NCBI GenBank assembly: GCA_025934715.1
Contig: JAICWR010000001.1
Coordinates: 8,387 to 72,386 of the forward strand
Source of the DNA: Candidatus Saccharimonadota bacterium
Lineage (GTDB): Bacteria; Patescibacteriota; Saccharimonadia; Saccharimonadales; UBA10212
Reading direction: 5' to 3'
Length of the DNA: 64,000 nt
Shown: piece after piece, positions 37,700-47,414 of the stretch
Layout: every line of letters starts with the position of its first letter
Numbering within the stretch: the first letter of the stretch is position 1
Program-made: the position numbers and the translations under genes
Notes under the pieces: model-generated
The model's input: the letters and a program-made list of their open reading frames with translations, nothing else
Databases searched by the model: none
What the model was told of the DNA's origin: nothing

Positions 37700-38409
37700 A
37701 AGAAATACATATTCTCCATCTTTATCCTAACGAATTAAACACTTACGGTGATCACGGGAACCGGCTGGTCCTAATGAAACGACTTGGATGGACCGGCTAT
37801 GAGCCGGTGGTTCACCACCACCACCCTGGGGACAGCCTGGCGAAACAAATTGATTTTGTCATCGGTGGCGGAGGCCAAGATTCAGCCCAGGCCGACGTGC
37901 AGGCCGACATTTTAAAAATCGGCGATGGCTTGCGAAAACTGGCGGAGTCGGGCGTGCCGATGCTGACGATCTGCGGCACCTACCAGTTATTTGGCCACCG
38001 GTTCGTGACTAACACCGGGCAAGAAGTCAAAGGTATCAGCATTTTTGACCTGGAAACCGTCGGCAGCGATAAGCGCATGATAGGGAACGTGATGGTCAAG
38101 TCCGAGTTTGGCACGATCTTTGGATTTGAAAACCACAGCGGCCAGACCTTTTTGGGAGAGAACCAGGCGCCGCTGGCTAAAGTGTTGCGTGGCAATGGCA
38201 ATAACGGTAAAGATAAGACCGAGGGCGCCCGCAGCCTGAATGTTTTTGGCACTTATCTGCACGGGCCTATCCTACCCAATAATCCGGCTTTTTGCGACGA
38301 GCTTATAAAGTTGGCCGTCGAGAATCATTATGGTGAATTCAGCCGTCGAAAAATCGATGATTCGCTTAGCGAAATGGCCCGTGCCACTGCCCGGCGCCGG
38401 CCATACTAG
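37696..38409 (+). CDS. gatD: lipid II isoglutaminyl synthase glutaminase subunit GatD (CobQ-type GATase)
   Basis: 237 aa with TICGTYQLFG (catalytic Cys) and GTYLHGP. Start overlaps the murT stop. Confidence 0.85.
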   Translation: MKEIHILHLYPNELNTYGDHGNRLVLMKRLGWTGYEPVVHHHHPGDSLAKQIDFVIGGGGQDSAQADVQADILKIGDGLRKLAESGVPMLTICGTYQLFGHRFVTNTGQEVKGISIFDLETVGSDKRMIGNVMVKSEFGTIFGFENHSGQTFLGENQAPLAKVLRGNGNNGKDKTEGARSLNVFGTYLHGPILPNNPAFCDELIKLAVENHYGEFSRRKIDDSLSEMARATARRRPY

Positions 38410-38433
38410 GCATTAGTTGCTAAACTGTTAACT

Positions 38434-40467
38434 GTGGAACTATCCAGCCCGGTGGCAGAGCTTAAAGGGGTGGGCAAAGAGGTGGCTAAAAAGCTGGCCG
38501 GATTAGGCGTGGAGACCGTAGGCGGCCTGATTGGTAACTTCCCGCGCCGATATGATGATTACTCTAATGTCTTGCCTGTGAGGGGACTACGGCCTGGGAA
38601 TGTCACGATTGAAGTGAAAGTGGGCCAAGTCGCCGGGCGGTATGTCCGCCGCGGCCTTCATATCACAGATGCCATAGCCAGCGACTCGACCGGCAGTGTC
38701 AGGCTGGTGTGGTTCAACCAGCCTTACCGGTCCACCGCTATCAAACAAGGGCAGTTATATTTCGTGGCCGGCGAATATGGCTTGCGGCGGGGCCGTTTCA
38801 GCATCCTCAATCCCTCGATGGAATTGGCCAGCAGTTTCCCGATAAACACTGCCAGAATCATACCGATTTACCGCGAAGCCAAAGGCCTGAAGTCCTATAC
38901 GGTACGCAAGCTTGTGCGTGAAGCGCTGCGCGAGCTCAAAGACCTGAAAGAGTATTTACCTGCGTGGCTATTGGCTGATAAAAACCTGATGGCCTATCCG
39001 CAGGCGGTCAAGCAGATCCATTTTCCTAGTTCGCCGGAAGCTCTCGCCCAAGCCCGAGCCCGCTTGGGGTTCGAAGAAGTTTTCGTTTTAACTTTGGCCG
39101 CTCTGATTAACAAACAGGAAAATCTGGCGGAAAGGGGTGTATCGATCCCATACAACGAAGTTTTGGCCAAAGAATTCGTGGCTAAACTGCCTTTTAAGCT
39201 GACTGACGCCCAGCGCAAAGCCGCCTGGCTAATTTATCAAGATATGAATAAAAACCAGCCGATGAACCGGCTGTTGGAGGGCGACGTAGGATCTGGCAAA
39301 ACGGTGGTGGCGGCAATGTCGGCTTTGATGGCCATCGAACAGGGATTCCAAGTCGCCCTTATGGCTCCGACGGAAATCTTAGCCCGCCAGCACGCTGACA
39401 CCTTGCTCTCGCTGCTTAGCCGGGTGGGCTATGGGGAGCAGGTGCGACTGTTGGTTGGCAGCTTGTCCCCTGACCAGAAAAAAACTGCCCACGCCATGAT
39501 AGCGAACGGCGATATTAGATTGATGGTTGGCACCCACGCTTTGATAGCCGAGAAAGTCGATATGCGCAGATTAGGTTTAATAATAATTGACGAACAGCAC
39601 CGCTTCGGTGTCGAGCAGCGCAAAAAGTTGCAGGCCAAGGCCGGCCACATGCCGCACGTTCTGCATATGACGGCCACGCCAATTCCGCGCAGCTTAGCTC
39701 TGACGCTTTACGGCGAGCTGGACATTTCGATTTTGGACGAAATGCCGCCCGGCCGCCACAAGATAAAAACCGAGATCGTTTCTCCTCACGCCAGAGCTGA
39801 TTTGTACGCCAAAATCGATGAGGAATTGGCGGCCGGGTGGCAGATGTTCGTCGTCTGCCCGCTGATCACAGATTCTGAGACAAGCGGCGGCTTGTCCGCA
39901 GAAGAAGTCTATGGGCGTTTAAGCGGCAGAGATTTTAAGCATCGCCGGGTCGGCCTGCTTCACGGACGACTGAAATCGCAAGACAAAGATGAAGTTATGC
40001 AAAAATTTATCAATCATGAATATGACATCCTGGTGAGCACTACGGTCATAGAGGTGGGCGTGGATGTGCCAAATGCCAGCATTATGCTAATCGAAGGCGC
40101 AGAACGCTTCGGTCTAGCCCAAATCCACCAGCTGCGAGGCAGGGTCGGCCGCGGCGCCCACCAGAGTTATTGTTATTTGATTCCCAGCAGCGTCCAGGCG
40201 CCAACGCCGCGGCTGCGGGCACTGGTGACCACTGCAGACGGTTTCAAGCTGGCCGAACTGGACCTCGACATCCGCGGCCCCGGCGCCATTTACGGCACAC
40301 TCCAGCACGGCGCATTAGATCTGCGGATCGCCAAGCTCAGTGACACGAAGCTGATCGCCGGTGCCCGCTCAGCCGCCCAAACTTTCTTAGAACGCGAAAA
40401 CCTCAAAAAATATCCAATTCTGCAAGACAGGGTGAAGTCACTGCGCGCCGTTACAAACTTGAATTAA
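38434..40467 (+). CDS. recG: ATP-dependent DNA helicase RecG
   Basis: 677 aa with wedge/OB N-terminus and SF2 helicase motifs (GDVGSGKT, DEQHRFG, QLRGRVGRG). GTG start. Confidence 0.93.
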   Translation: MELSSPVAELKGVGKEVAKKLAGLGVETVGGLIGNFPRRYDDYSNVLPVRGLRPGNVTIEVKVGQVAGRYVRRGLHITDAIASDSTGSVRLVWFNQPYRSTAIKQGQLYFVAGEYGLRRGRFSILNPSMELASSFPINTARIIPIYREAKGLKSYTVRKLVREALRELKDLKEYLPAWLLADKNLMAYPQAVKQIHFPSSPEALAQARARLGFEEVFVLTLAALINKQENLAERGVSIPYNEVLAKEFVAKLPFKLTDAQRKAAWLIYQDMNKNQPMNRLLEGDVGSGKTVVAAMSALMAIEQGFQVALMAPTEILARQHADTLLSLLSRVGYGEQVRLLVGSLSPDQKKTAHAMIANGDIRLMVGTHALIAEKVDMRRLGLIIIDEQHRFGVEQRKKLQAKAGHMPHVLHMTATPIPRSLALTLYGELDISILDEMPPGRHKIKTEIVSPHARADLYAKIDEELAAGWQMFVVCPLITDSETSGGLSAEEVYGRLSGRDFKHRRVGLLHGRLKSQDKDEVMQKFINHEYDILVSTTVIEVGVDVPNASIMLIEGAERFGLAQIHQLRGRVGRGAHQSYCYLIPSSVQAPTPRLRALVTTADGFKLAELDLDIRGPGAIYGTLQHGALDLRIAKLSDTKLIAGARSAAQTFLERENLKKYPILQDRVKSLRAVTNLN

Positions 40468-40476
40468 AATAAAATC

Positions 40477-41016
40477 ATGAGGATCATCGCGGGCAGCCAC
40501 AAAGGACAGCAATTCAGCTCGCCCCACGGACACCATACCCACCCGATGAGCGACAAGGCCCGCGGCGCGCTGTTCAATGTGCTTGGCGATGTCGAAGGCC
40601 TGAGCTTTCTGGATGCCTTTGCGGGCAGCGGCGCCCTGGCTTTTGAGGCCGCCAGCCGCGGCGCTAAGGCCGTAGTGGCAATCGACAAGGATACTGCGGC
40701 CCACTCCGCTATCGAGAGGAACGTGAAGGACTTGCGTCTGCAAAAGCAGGTCAAAGTGATTAAAGCCAATGCCGGCGGCTGGAGCATCCACAACATGGAA
40801 AAAAAATTCGATATTGTGCTATTGGATCCGCCGTATGATGATATCCAGACTAATCTAATGACCACCATCGCTATAAGACATACAAAGCGCGGCGGTTTAA
40901 CCGTTCTGTCGCTGCCGCCCAAGAAAGACTTCCAACTTGATGAAACCCGATTCAAGCTCGAAACATCTAAATCTTACGGTGACGCTTCACTGGCCTTTTA
41001 CCGCAAATTAAAGTAA
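40477..41016 (+). CDS. rsmD: 16S rRNA (guanine966-N2)-methyltransferase RsmD
   Basis: 179 aa with MRIIAGSHKG N-terminus, DAFAGSGALAFEA SAM motif and DPPY. Confidence 0.85.
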   Translation: MRIIAGSHKGQQFSSPHGHHTHPMSDKARGALFNVLGDVEGLSFLDAFAGSGALAFEAASRGAKAVVAIDKDTAAHSAIERNVKDLRLQKQVKVIKANAGGWSIHNMEKKFDIVLLDPPYDDIQTNLMTTIAIRHTKRGGLTVLSLPPKKDFQLDETRFKLETSKSYGDASLAFYRKLK

Positions 41017-41031
41017 AATTACCTCTGTTAC

Positions 41032-41116
41032 GGGCGGATGGCGGAACTGGTAGACGCGCATGCCTTAGGAGCATGTACCGTAAGGTGTGGAGGTTCAAGT
41101 CCTCTTCCGCCCACCA
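41032..41116 (+). tRNA. tRNA-Leu (anticodon UAG), CCA encoded
   Basis: Hand-folded cloverleaf: 7-bp acceptor stem GGGCGGA/TCCGCCC, anticodon loop CTTAGGA, long variable arm (ACC-GTAA-GGT), T-arm GGAGG-TTCAAGT-CCTCT, then ACCA. Confidence 0.95.
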
Positions 41117-41120
41117 AAGC

Positions 41121-41149
41121 CCAGCGACTGCTGGATATTTTTTGTTTTT
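41121..41149 (+). terminator. weak intrinsic terminator after tRNA-Leu
   Basis: CCAGC-GACT-GCTGG hairpin (5 bp) followed by ATATTTTTTGTTTTT. Confidence 0.45.
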
Positions 41150-41166
41150 GATGTTATAATTAACAC

Positions 41167-41712
41167 ATGTCGACAATGAGACATGAAGGAGTGCCTGAAC
41201 GGGCAAATGAGATTGAGCTAAGTGTCAGCCTCGATGAAGCACGCCGGGAAGTGGCTGACGTCACTGAGTCAATTATTGGGGCCAGTCTGGACAAAGCGAT
41301 GAAAATTTTCATGGTCGGTTTCGACAAGCTTGACGCAGTGGTTAATAACGATGGCGAGATTTTGACCGAAGAATTCGATGGGCTGCCCAGTAAGAGCCGA
41401 AGGCTGCTGACGGCAATTAGCGAGCTCAGAAAAAGAATGAAGAAACTTTCTGAAGGTATCCGGCCAGATGTGACCAACGATGAACTGGTAAAATTAGTTG
41501 ACGAACTAGCCGGCCTAAATGAACAATGGAAAGCTTACGTCGGTGATGACAGCCTTATAAAAGACGCCGAAAGCCTGATTGCTGTAATGGAACATACCCC
41601 CGACGCTCTGCAGAGGAAATTTCTGCCCACCAACGAAAAAGGTGAGAAAGAAAGGATACTCCTTACAGACGAATGCCTGGAAAAACTAAGGTCGCCAATT
41701 AAACCCATATGA
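41167..41712 (+). CDS. orphan hypothetical protein (181 aa), acidic and helical, adjacent to tRNA-Leu
   Basis: Stop-free frame. TATAAT at 41155..41160 lies only 6 nt upstream of the ATG, suggesting a leaderless transcript. No family recognised. Confidence 0.5.
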   Translation: MSTMRHEGVPERANEIELSVSLDEARREVADVTESIIGASLDKAMKIFMVGFDKLDAVVNNDGEILTEEFDGLPSKSRRLLTAISELRKRMKKLSEGIRPDVTNDELVKLVDELAGLNEQWKAYVGDDSLIKDAESLIAVMEHTPDALQRKFLPTNEKGEKERILLTDECLEKLRSPIKPI

Positions 41713-41787
41713 ATAAAAATGCAGCAATAAGTCCGCAGTCTCTGGCTGTATAATATTTCTGGGTTACTGAACAAAAAGGAGGGGCAA

Positions 41788-42984
41788 ATGCTGGATAGCG
41801 CGCAAAAACTGATTAGGGACGCCGGGGGAAAACTGGGGCTCGGTGACGAGCAAATAGAGGCGCTTATTAGCACTAACGCTGAGCATAAATTCGAGATAGC
41901 TCTCACTAACGGCGAAAAATACCAGGCTTTCCGGGTGCAGCACAATAACAAGCGGGGGCCATATAAGGGCGGTATTCGCTTTCACCCCCAGGTTGACTAT
42001 GACGAAGTCAGGGCCCTAGCTACTCTTATGAGCTTTAAAACGGCCGTATCTGGTATTCCAATGGGCGGCGGCAAAGGCGGCGTGGCCGTTGACCCTAAGA
42101 AATTATCCGAAGAGGCGCTCGAAGAGCTGTCGCGCAAGTATGTGAAAGGGCTGTATAAGAACATCGGGCCCGATAAGGACGTACCGGCGCCAGACGTTAA
42201 CACTAATGCCAAAATCATCGATTGGATGGTCGACGAATACGAAAAGCAAACTGGCGACAAGACCAAGGCCAGCTTCACAGGTAAGAGTATTGAAAACGGC
42301 GGCAGCCTGGGCCGAGACGCGGCGACCGGTAGGGGCGGCGTTATAGTTCTGCGGGAAATACTTAACAAGTTAAGTATTAACGGTCCGATAACTATCGCCA
42401 TGCAGGGCTGGGGGAACGTCGGCTCTTACTTCGCGCTGATATCTGAAGCCGATCACGCTGATTGGAAACTGGTTGCCGCGACGGATTCGAGCGGCGGCCG
42501 ATATGACACGGCCGGCCTGTCGGCCAAAGAGCTGGATAAATATAAAAAATCACGCGGGCGTCTGGTCGAATTCAAAAAGGGAAAAGAAATCACTAACGAA
42601 GACCTGATCGGGCTGGATGTTGACGTGCTGGTCCTGGCCGCGCTCGAAGACGCGGTTAATAATGATAACCAGCCTAAGATTAAAGCAAAACTCATCCTGG
42701 AACTGGCCAACGGACCCGTGACTTATGATGCCTACAGGTCGCTAAGCGGCAGAGACATAATTGATGTGCCGGACATTTTGGCCAACGCCGGCGGCGTGGT
42801 CGTCAGCTACTTGGAGTGGGTCCAAAATAAAAAAAGCGAACAGTGGCCTGAAGACCGGGTTAACCGGGAACTCGAAAACTATTTAGCCAAAGCCGCCGAC
42901 AAGGTTTATATGCGTATGAAAAAAGAAAACATACCCCTCAAGGAAGCCGCCTTCGCCGAGGCGATCGTCAAGCTAACTTCTTAA
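41788..42984 (+). CDS. gdh: Glu/Leu/Phe/Val-family dehydrogenase (glutamate dehydrogenase-like)
   Basis: 398 aa with KGGIRFHP..MGGGKGGV catalytic-region motifs and a Rossmann GWGNVG. AGGAGG ribosome-binding site upstream. Confidence 0.92.
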   Translation: MLDSAQKLIRDAGGKLGLGDEQIEALISTNAEHKFEIALTNGEKYQAFRVQHNNKRGPYKGGIRFHPQVDYDEVRALATLMSFKTAVSGIPMGGGKGGVAVDPKKLSEEALEELSRKYVKGLYKNIGPDKDVPAPDVNTNAKIIDWMVDEYEKQTGDKTKASFTGKSIENGGSLGRDAATGRGGVIVLREILNKLSINGPITIAMQGWGNVGSYFALISEADHADWKLVAATDSSGGRYDTAGLSAKELDKYKKSRGRLVEFKKGKEITNEDLIGLDVDVLVLAALEDAVNNDNQPKIKAKLILELANGPVTYDAYRSLSGRDIIDVPDILANAGGVVVSYLEWVQNKKSEQWPEDRVNRELENYLAKAADKVYMRMKKENIPLKEAAFAEAIVKLTS

Positions 42985-43708
42985 GCTGACCGTAGCGCAT
43001 AGCCGGAGCAACCGAGTATAGGCCACCAAGGGCAAATGACAATAAGCCGCCGATCAGCGGGATGATGTTCAACAGTCCGATTAAGAACATGACTCCCATG
43101 ATACCCCAGACAGATCCGGTGTTAATTCTACTGAGCTCAGCGCTCTTAGCTAAAGATTCACGGATGCTGCCCCGTTCATCTAGCATCACATAGGGTGCCA
43201 GCAGATAGCGCCTGACCATAATAAGGCCGGGGACAATCAGAAGTATAAATCCAACGGCGATTATCACGAACATAGCGATATAAAGACCAAGCATTCGCCA
43301 GCCGATTTCCCTGACAGTGGCCCATAGTTTGCCGTAATCAAGCCTGCGCCGCCGCACTGCTTCCAGCTGGGCCTCCTGCGACATTATTTGGGCGATGGCG
43401 CCGACCGCTAGTGTGATCAATAGCCAGATTACAGAAAAACCGACCACTGCGAATGTCATATAGGTCGGCAGCGGACTGCCGGGCCACCCGGCGCTGAAAC
43501 CGTCGCTATGCTCCCACCACGGATATTTTTGGAAAGCGGTTGGGGAATAAATCCAGTTATGAATATAAAAAAGCAACGACACTGCATAGAGCGGCCCAAA
43601 GATCCAGATATTTTTCAGGACTAGTTCTTTGCTGGGAGTGAATAAATCAAAAGCGCCGGGTAAATACAGATGAGAACTATGGCGGGCACGACTGCTGGTT
43701 CTGGCCAT
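42968..43708 (-). CDS. multi-pass membrane protein, function unknown
   Basis: 246 aa with 5-6 hydrophobic segments. Convergent with gdh, overlapping it by 17 nt. Confidence 0.6.
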   Translation of the reverse strand: MARTSSRARHSSHLYLPGAFDLFTPSKELVLKNIWIFGPLYAVSLLFYIHNWIYSPTAFQKYPWWEHSDGFSAGWPGSPLPTYMTFAVVGFSVIWLLITLAVGAIAQIMSQEAQLEAVRRRRLDYGKLWATVREIGWRMLGLYIAMFVIIAVGFILLIVPGLIMVRRYLLAPYVMLDERGSIRESLAKSAELSRINTGSVWGIMGVMFLIGLLNIIPLIGGLLSFALGGLYSVAPAMRYGQLKKLA

Positions 43709-43782
43709 TACAGACTTAATTATATATCCTTAATCACCAATTTTTGTCCGATTAATTTTAAGAAGTATAATGTTGCTTATAT

Positions 43783-45027
43783 ATGAGCCTGCCGACCCAA
43801 CCCTATAAAGGCGCGCGCGACTTCTACCCGCAAGATAAGCGCGTGCAAAAATATATGTTCGCTAAAATACGCCATGTGGCGGAAGCTTTCGGATACCAGG
43901 AATACGACGCCCCGCTGCTCGAACCGCTGGAACTTTACCAGGCCAAAACTGGCGACGAAATCGTCAATGAGCAGACCTACGCTTTTAGAGACCGCGGCGG
44001 GCGGCAGGTCGCTATCCGGCCGGAAATGACCCCGAGCGTCAGCCGCATGGTGGCCGCCCGCCGCCAGGAGCTGGCCTATCCGCTGCGCCTTTATAACATC
44101 GGCCAGCGCATGCGCTATGAGCGCCCGCAACGCGGACGGAACCGGGAGTTCTGGCAAGCTGACATTGATTTATTCGGCGTTGAAGGGATAGAAGGCGATG
44201 CCGAGATCATCCAAATCGCCAGTGGTATCCTAAGGTCTTTAGGGGCCAGCCCCGCAATGTACCGGATTAATATCAACAGCCGGCAGTCTATGGTCAAATC
44301 CCTGCAAGATATGGGAATCGCTGAGGCCGAAATAAAGGCCGCATATAAGCTGATTGATAAGATGCCCAGAATGGACGAAGGCCAGTTTGACCAATTGATG
44401 GCCGACCAGCTAGGCGCGGAGAAGGCGGCGAAACTACAATCTTTTCTGAAATCAGACCAGCCACCCGAGAACGTCAAGCGATTACTCGATCTTCTGAAAT
44501 CTTCCGGGGCGGAATCAGTGTACTACGAACCAAGCGCTGTCCGTGGCATCGATTATTACACCGATATAGTGTTTGAGGTTTTTGACACGGACCCGGAAAA
44601 TGCCAGGTCGCTATTCGGCGGGGGCCGCTACGACGGCCTGGTCGGCCTTTTCGGAGTAGAGCCTGTGGCGACGGTCGGCTTCGCGGTGGGCGATGTAACC
44701 CTGCAAAATTTCCTGGAATCGCACAACCTGCTGCCGAAGCAAGAGAGCGATACCGAAGCGTCGGTTATCTTAGTCGGCGATGTTTATGCCCAGTCCCAAG
44801 AGCCGATCGGGCGCCTCAGGGAGGCGGGAGTAAGAATAGCTGTTGACCCCACTGACCGAAAGCTCGATTTCAAGATAAAAAGCGCCGTTAAATCAGGTGT
44901 GCGCTATGCAATTTTCATCGGCGAGAAAGAATTGGCAGCCAATCAATTCACTCTGCGGGATTTGAACTCCGGCGAAGAAAAGACCTTGACCATAGACCAA
45001 ATCGCCGCGGCCATCAGGCCAAACTGA
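43783..45027 (+). CDS. hisS: histidyl-tRNA synthetase
   Basis: 414 aa with class II motifs (FRDRGGRQVAIRPEMT, RYERPQRGRNREFWQ, GGGRYDGL) and an anticodon-binding C-terminus. Confidence 0.95.
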   Translation: MSLPTQPYKGARDFYPQDKRVQKYMFAKIRHVAEAFGYQEYDAPLLEPLELYQAKTGDEIVNEQTYAFRDRGGRQVAIRPEMTPSVSRMVAARRQELAYPLRLYNIGQRMRYERPQRGRNREFWQADIDLFGVEGIEGDAEIIQIASGILRSLGASPAMYRININSRQSMVKSLQDMGIAEAEIKAAYKLIDKMPRMDEGQFDQLMADQLGAEKAAKLQSFLKSDQPPENVKRLLDLLKSSGAESVYYEPSAVRGIDYYTDIVFEVFDTDPENARSLFGGGRYDGLVGLFGVEPVATVGFAVGDVTLQNFLESHNLLPKQESDTEASVILVGDVYAQSQEPIGRLREAGVRIAVDPTDRKLDFKIKSAVKSGVRYAIFIGEKELAANQFTLRDLNSGEEKTLTIDQIAAAIRPN

Positions 45028-45041
45028 TATAATAGCCGTCT

Positions 45042-46322
45042 ATGCGAGTTGCGAGGCAGGATAACAGTCCGACTAATATAACTTTGACCGTTGCGGGCGA
45101 AGCGGCTGACCTGGAGCCGATCCGCCGGCATGTGCTCGGTCATTTTAAGAACACCGTAAAAGTGCCGGGATTCCGCGAAGGCAAAGCGCCGCTCGAGATG
45201 GTCGAAAAATACGCTAACCAGCAGAGAGTTATGGACGAGTTTATGGAGCACGCCCTCAATGAACTCTATCGCCGAGCAGTCGATGATGAGCAAATCCGGC
45301 CGGTCAGTACCCCAAACGTCAAACTCAAGAAATTCGTGCCTTATACCGAGCTGGAATTCGAAGCCGAAACCGAGATTATCGGGCCGGCAAAACTGCCGGA
45401 TTATAAAAAACTGAAGCTGGCCAAACCAAAGGTCGATATTACCGCCAAGGACGTGAACGAAGTTATAAAATCCCTGCAGACCCGGCTGGCAGCGCGCGAG
45501 TCGGTGGATCGTCCGGCTAAAGACGGAGATGAATTAATCATTGATTTCTCGGGTAGCGATAGCGCCGGCAAAGCCATCCAGGGCGCCGACGGCAAGGATT
45601 ACCCGCTGATCTTAGGCAGCAAGCAATTCATTCCAGGATTCGAGGAAAACCTGGTCGGAGCAAAAGCCGGTGACACGAAGAAATTCGATGTGACTTTCCC
45701 CGAGGACTACGGTGTAACTGCCCTCCGAAGCAAAAAAGTGACTTTTAAAGTTGAGGTGCAGAAAGTCCAGGAACTGAAAGAGCCTAAAGTTGATGATGAT
45801 TTCGCCAAAAAAGCCGGGCCGGTTCAAACGCTGGCCGAGCTGAAATCAGACATTAAAAAGCAGCTGAAAGAAGAGCGGCAGCGCCAAGCTGAAGCCGAAT
45901 ACCAGAACGAGCTGGTGCGCCGGATTGCCGAAAAAACCGTCATGGAAGTGCCTAAAAGTCTTATCGAAGAAGAAATCGGGCGGATGGAAGACCAGGAAAA
46001 GCAGAACCTGGCCTACCGCGGCCAGACCTGGCAAGAACATCTGAAAGACGAGGGCATTACAGAGGCGCAGCACCGTGAAAGGCAGCGGCCGGATGCTGAA
46101 GGCCGTGTCAAGGCCGGTTTGATATTAAGCGAGATTGCCGAACGAGAAGGCGTTAAAGTAACCCCGGAAGAACTGGAAATCCGCCGGCAAATATTAAAAG
46201 GCCAATACCAGGACCCGCAGATGCAAGCCGAGCTGGACAAGCCCGAAAACCTGCGCGACATCGAGTCCCGCCTCCTTACCGAAAAAACCCTCGCCAAGCT
46301 TACCGAGTACGCCAGCAAGTAA
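45042..46322 (+). CDS. tig: trigger factor
   Basis: 426 aa with N-terminal ribosome-binding motif (GFREGKAP), a central FKBP-like PPIase region and a helical C-terminal arm. Confidence 0.93.
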   Translation: MRVARQDNSPTNITLTVAGEAADLEPIRRHVLGHFKNTVKVPGFREGKAPLEMVEKYANQQRVMDEFMEHALNELYRRAVDDEQIRPVSTPNVKLKKFVPYTELEFEAETEIIGPAKLPDYKKLKLAKPKVDITAKDVNEVIKSLQTRLAARESVDRPAKDGDELIIDFSGSDSAGKAIQGADGKDYPLILGSKQFIPGFEENLVGAKAGDTKKFDVTFPEDYGVTALRSKKVTFKVEVQKVQELKEPKVDDDFAKKAGPVQTLAELKSDIKKQLKEERQRQAEAEYQNELVRRIAEKTVMEVPKSLIEEEIGRMEDQEKQNLAYRGQTWQEHLKDEGITEAQHRERQRPDAEGRVKAGLILSEIAEREGVKVTPEELEIRRQILKGQYQDPQMQAELDKPENLRDIESRLLTEKTLAKLTEYASK

Positions 46323-46338
46323 ACCGCTCCTGCTTGCA
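46320..46338 (+). repeat. direct repeat, left copy (tig stop plus 5' half of terminator stem-loop)
   Basis: TAAACCGCTCCTGCTTGCA matches 18 of 19 positions of TAAAACGCTCCTGCTTGCA at 46889..46907. Confidence 0.8.
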
Positions 46339-46369
46339 TCCAAATGCCCAGACGACTTTAATTAGTTGA

Positions 46370-46867
46370 ATGGAAACTCAGCACCTAGTATTCAGTAATC
46401 AATACAGTCAACGCACTATTGAAGGTCATCCATCAGAATTTGGAAGAGCAATAGCCGAGGCAAGAGCTAGATATGATGATTTGCTTCAGGCTCTCGGCAA
46501 GCATGGAACAGAAGTTCTACGCAATAGGACCTTGGAAACTGATCCAGATATCTTTCCTTACCAATATGTACGACATGCAAAACATAAGTTTATCTTTCCG
46601 CCGCAAAAGGTAGAAATCGTCGTTGATCCGGAATCTGGAGAACTATCGGGTACAAGACCTTACACCTTGGTTGACGAGAGCTACAGCGCGGAGTACGACC
46701 AATCAAAAGTCCAGAGGATTGTAGAAGTCAGATATGATGATGCGTGCAATCGCGCGGATTTTGAAATAGAGCCGATTTTCCCAAAATCAGAATTGCCACC
46801 TGAGATAGAAAAAGATGTCAAAATGGCGGTAGGTCCACTTTCAATCAAGCCCTCCCAACAGGATTAG
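46370..46867 (+). CDS. orphan hypothetical protein (165 aa) between tig and clpP
   Basis: Stop-free 498-nt frame. No family recognised. It is bracketed by the 19-nt direct repeats. Confidence 0.5.
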   Translation: METQHLVFSNQYSQRTIEGHPSEFGRAIAEARARYDDLLQALGKHGTEVLRNRTLETDPDIFPYQYVRHAKHKFIFPPQKVEIVVDPESGELSGTRPYTLVDESYSAEYDQSKVQRIVEVRYDDACNRADFEIEPIFPKSELPPEIEKDVKMAVGPLSIKPSQQD

Positions 46868-46888
46868 CGCTCTAGCTTGACGAGCGAT

Positions 46889-46907
46889 TAAAACGCTCCT
46901 GCTTGCA
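46889..46907 (+). repeat. direct repeat, right copy; here the hairpin is complete (GCTCCT-GCTTGCA-AGGAGC)
   Basis: See the left copy. Only this copy is followed by the complementary AGGAGC arm (46908..46913). Confidence 0.8.
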
Positions 46908-46947
46908 AGGAGCTTAATTCCTAATAGAATTATTTTTAGGAGATAAT

Positions 46948-47361
46948 ATGCCAATTGAAGGGTTCGTGGAAAAAAAGCAAGCCGAAATTATAGCTGAACA
47001 AGAACATACAAATTATTCAAAAACAGCAAAAACACTTTGCAGACATATCTTTTCGAAAGTCGATGCAGAAAATAAGGAGGGCGAACCTATAAATGCTAAG
47101 ACAGAGGTATGCGAAACTGAGCTTGGTGTTTGCGCCTCGTTGAGGCAAATACCTCACGAAGACCGTAGCGGAGTAAAAGAATATAATCTATATTTCGAAG
47201 TTGAAGGCATTCTTTGCTTGTATGCAAGCATTGGAAGTTTCGGGATAACCTACGGCGAAGACGCTAAACCATTGATAAGCTCCAGAAAAGAAGCTCACCT
47301 AGAGGTAATTGGTGTGCTTAACGATATAGCTGAAGCAGTCAACACACAAAACATAAATTAG
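46948..47361 (+). CDS. orphan hypothetical protein (137 aa) between tig and clpP
   Basis: AGGAG ribosome-binding site 6 nt upstream. Stop-free frame in ~32% G+C DNA (sampled line). The stop codon lies inside a duplicated CIRCE half-site. Confidence 0.5.
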   Translation: MPIEGFVEKKQAEIIAEQEHTNYSKTAKTLCRHIFSKVDAENKEGEPINAKTEVCETELGVCASLRQIPHEDRSGVKEYNLYFEVEGILCLYASIGSFGITYGEDAKPLISSRKEAHLEVIGVLNDIAEAVNTQNIN

Positions 47362-47414
47362 CACTCTGGGTTGACCCTTCGGCAAGCTCAAGGCAAACGA
47401 GTGCAAGTTGGGAA

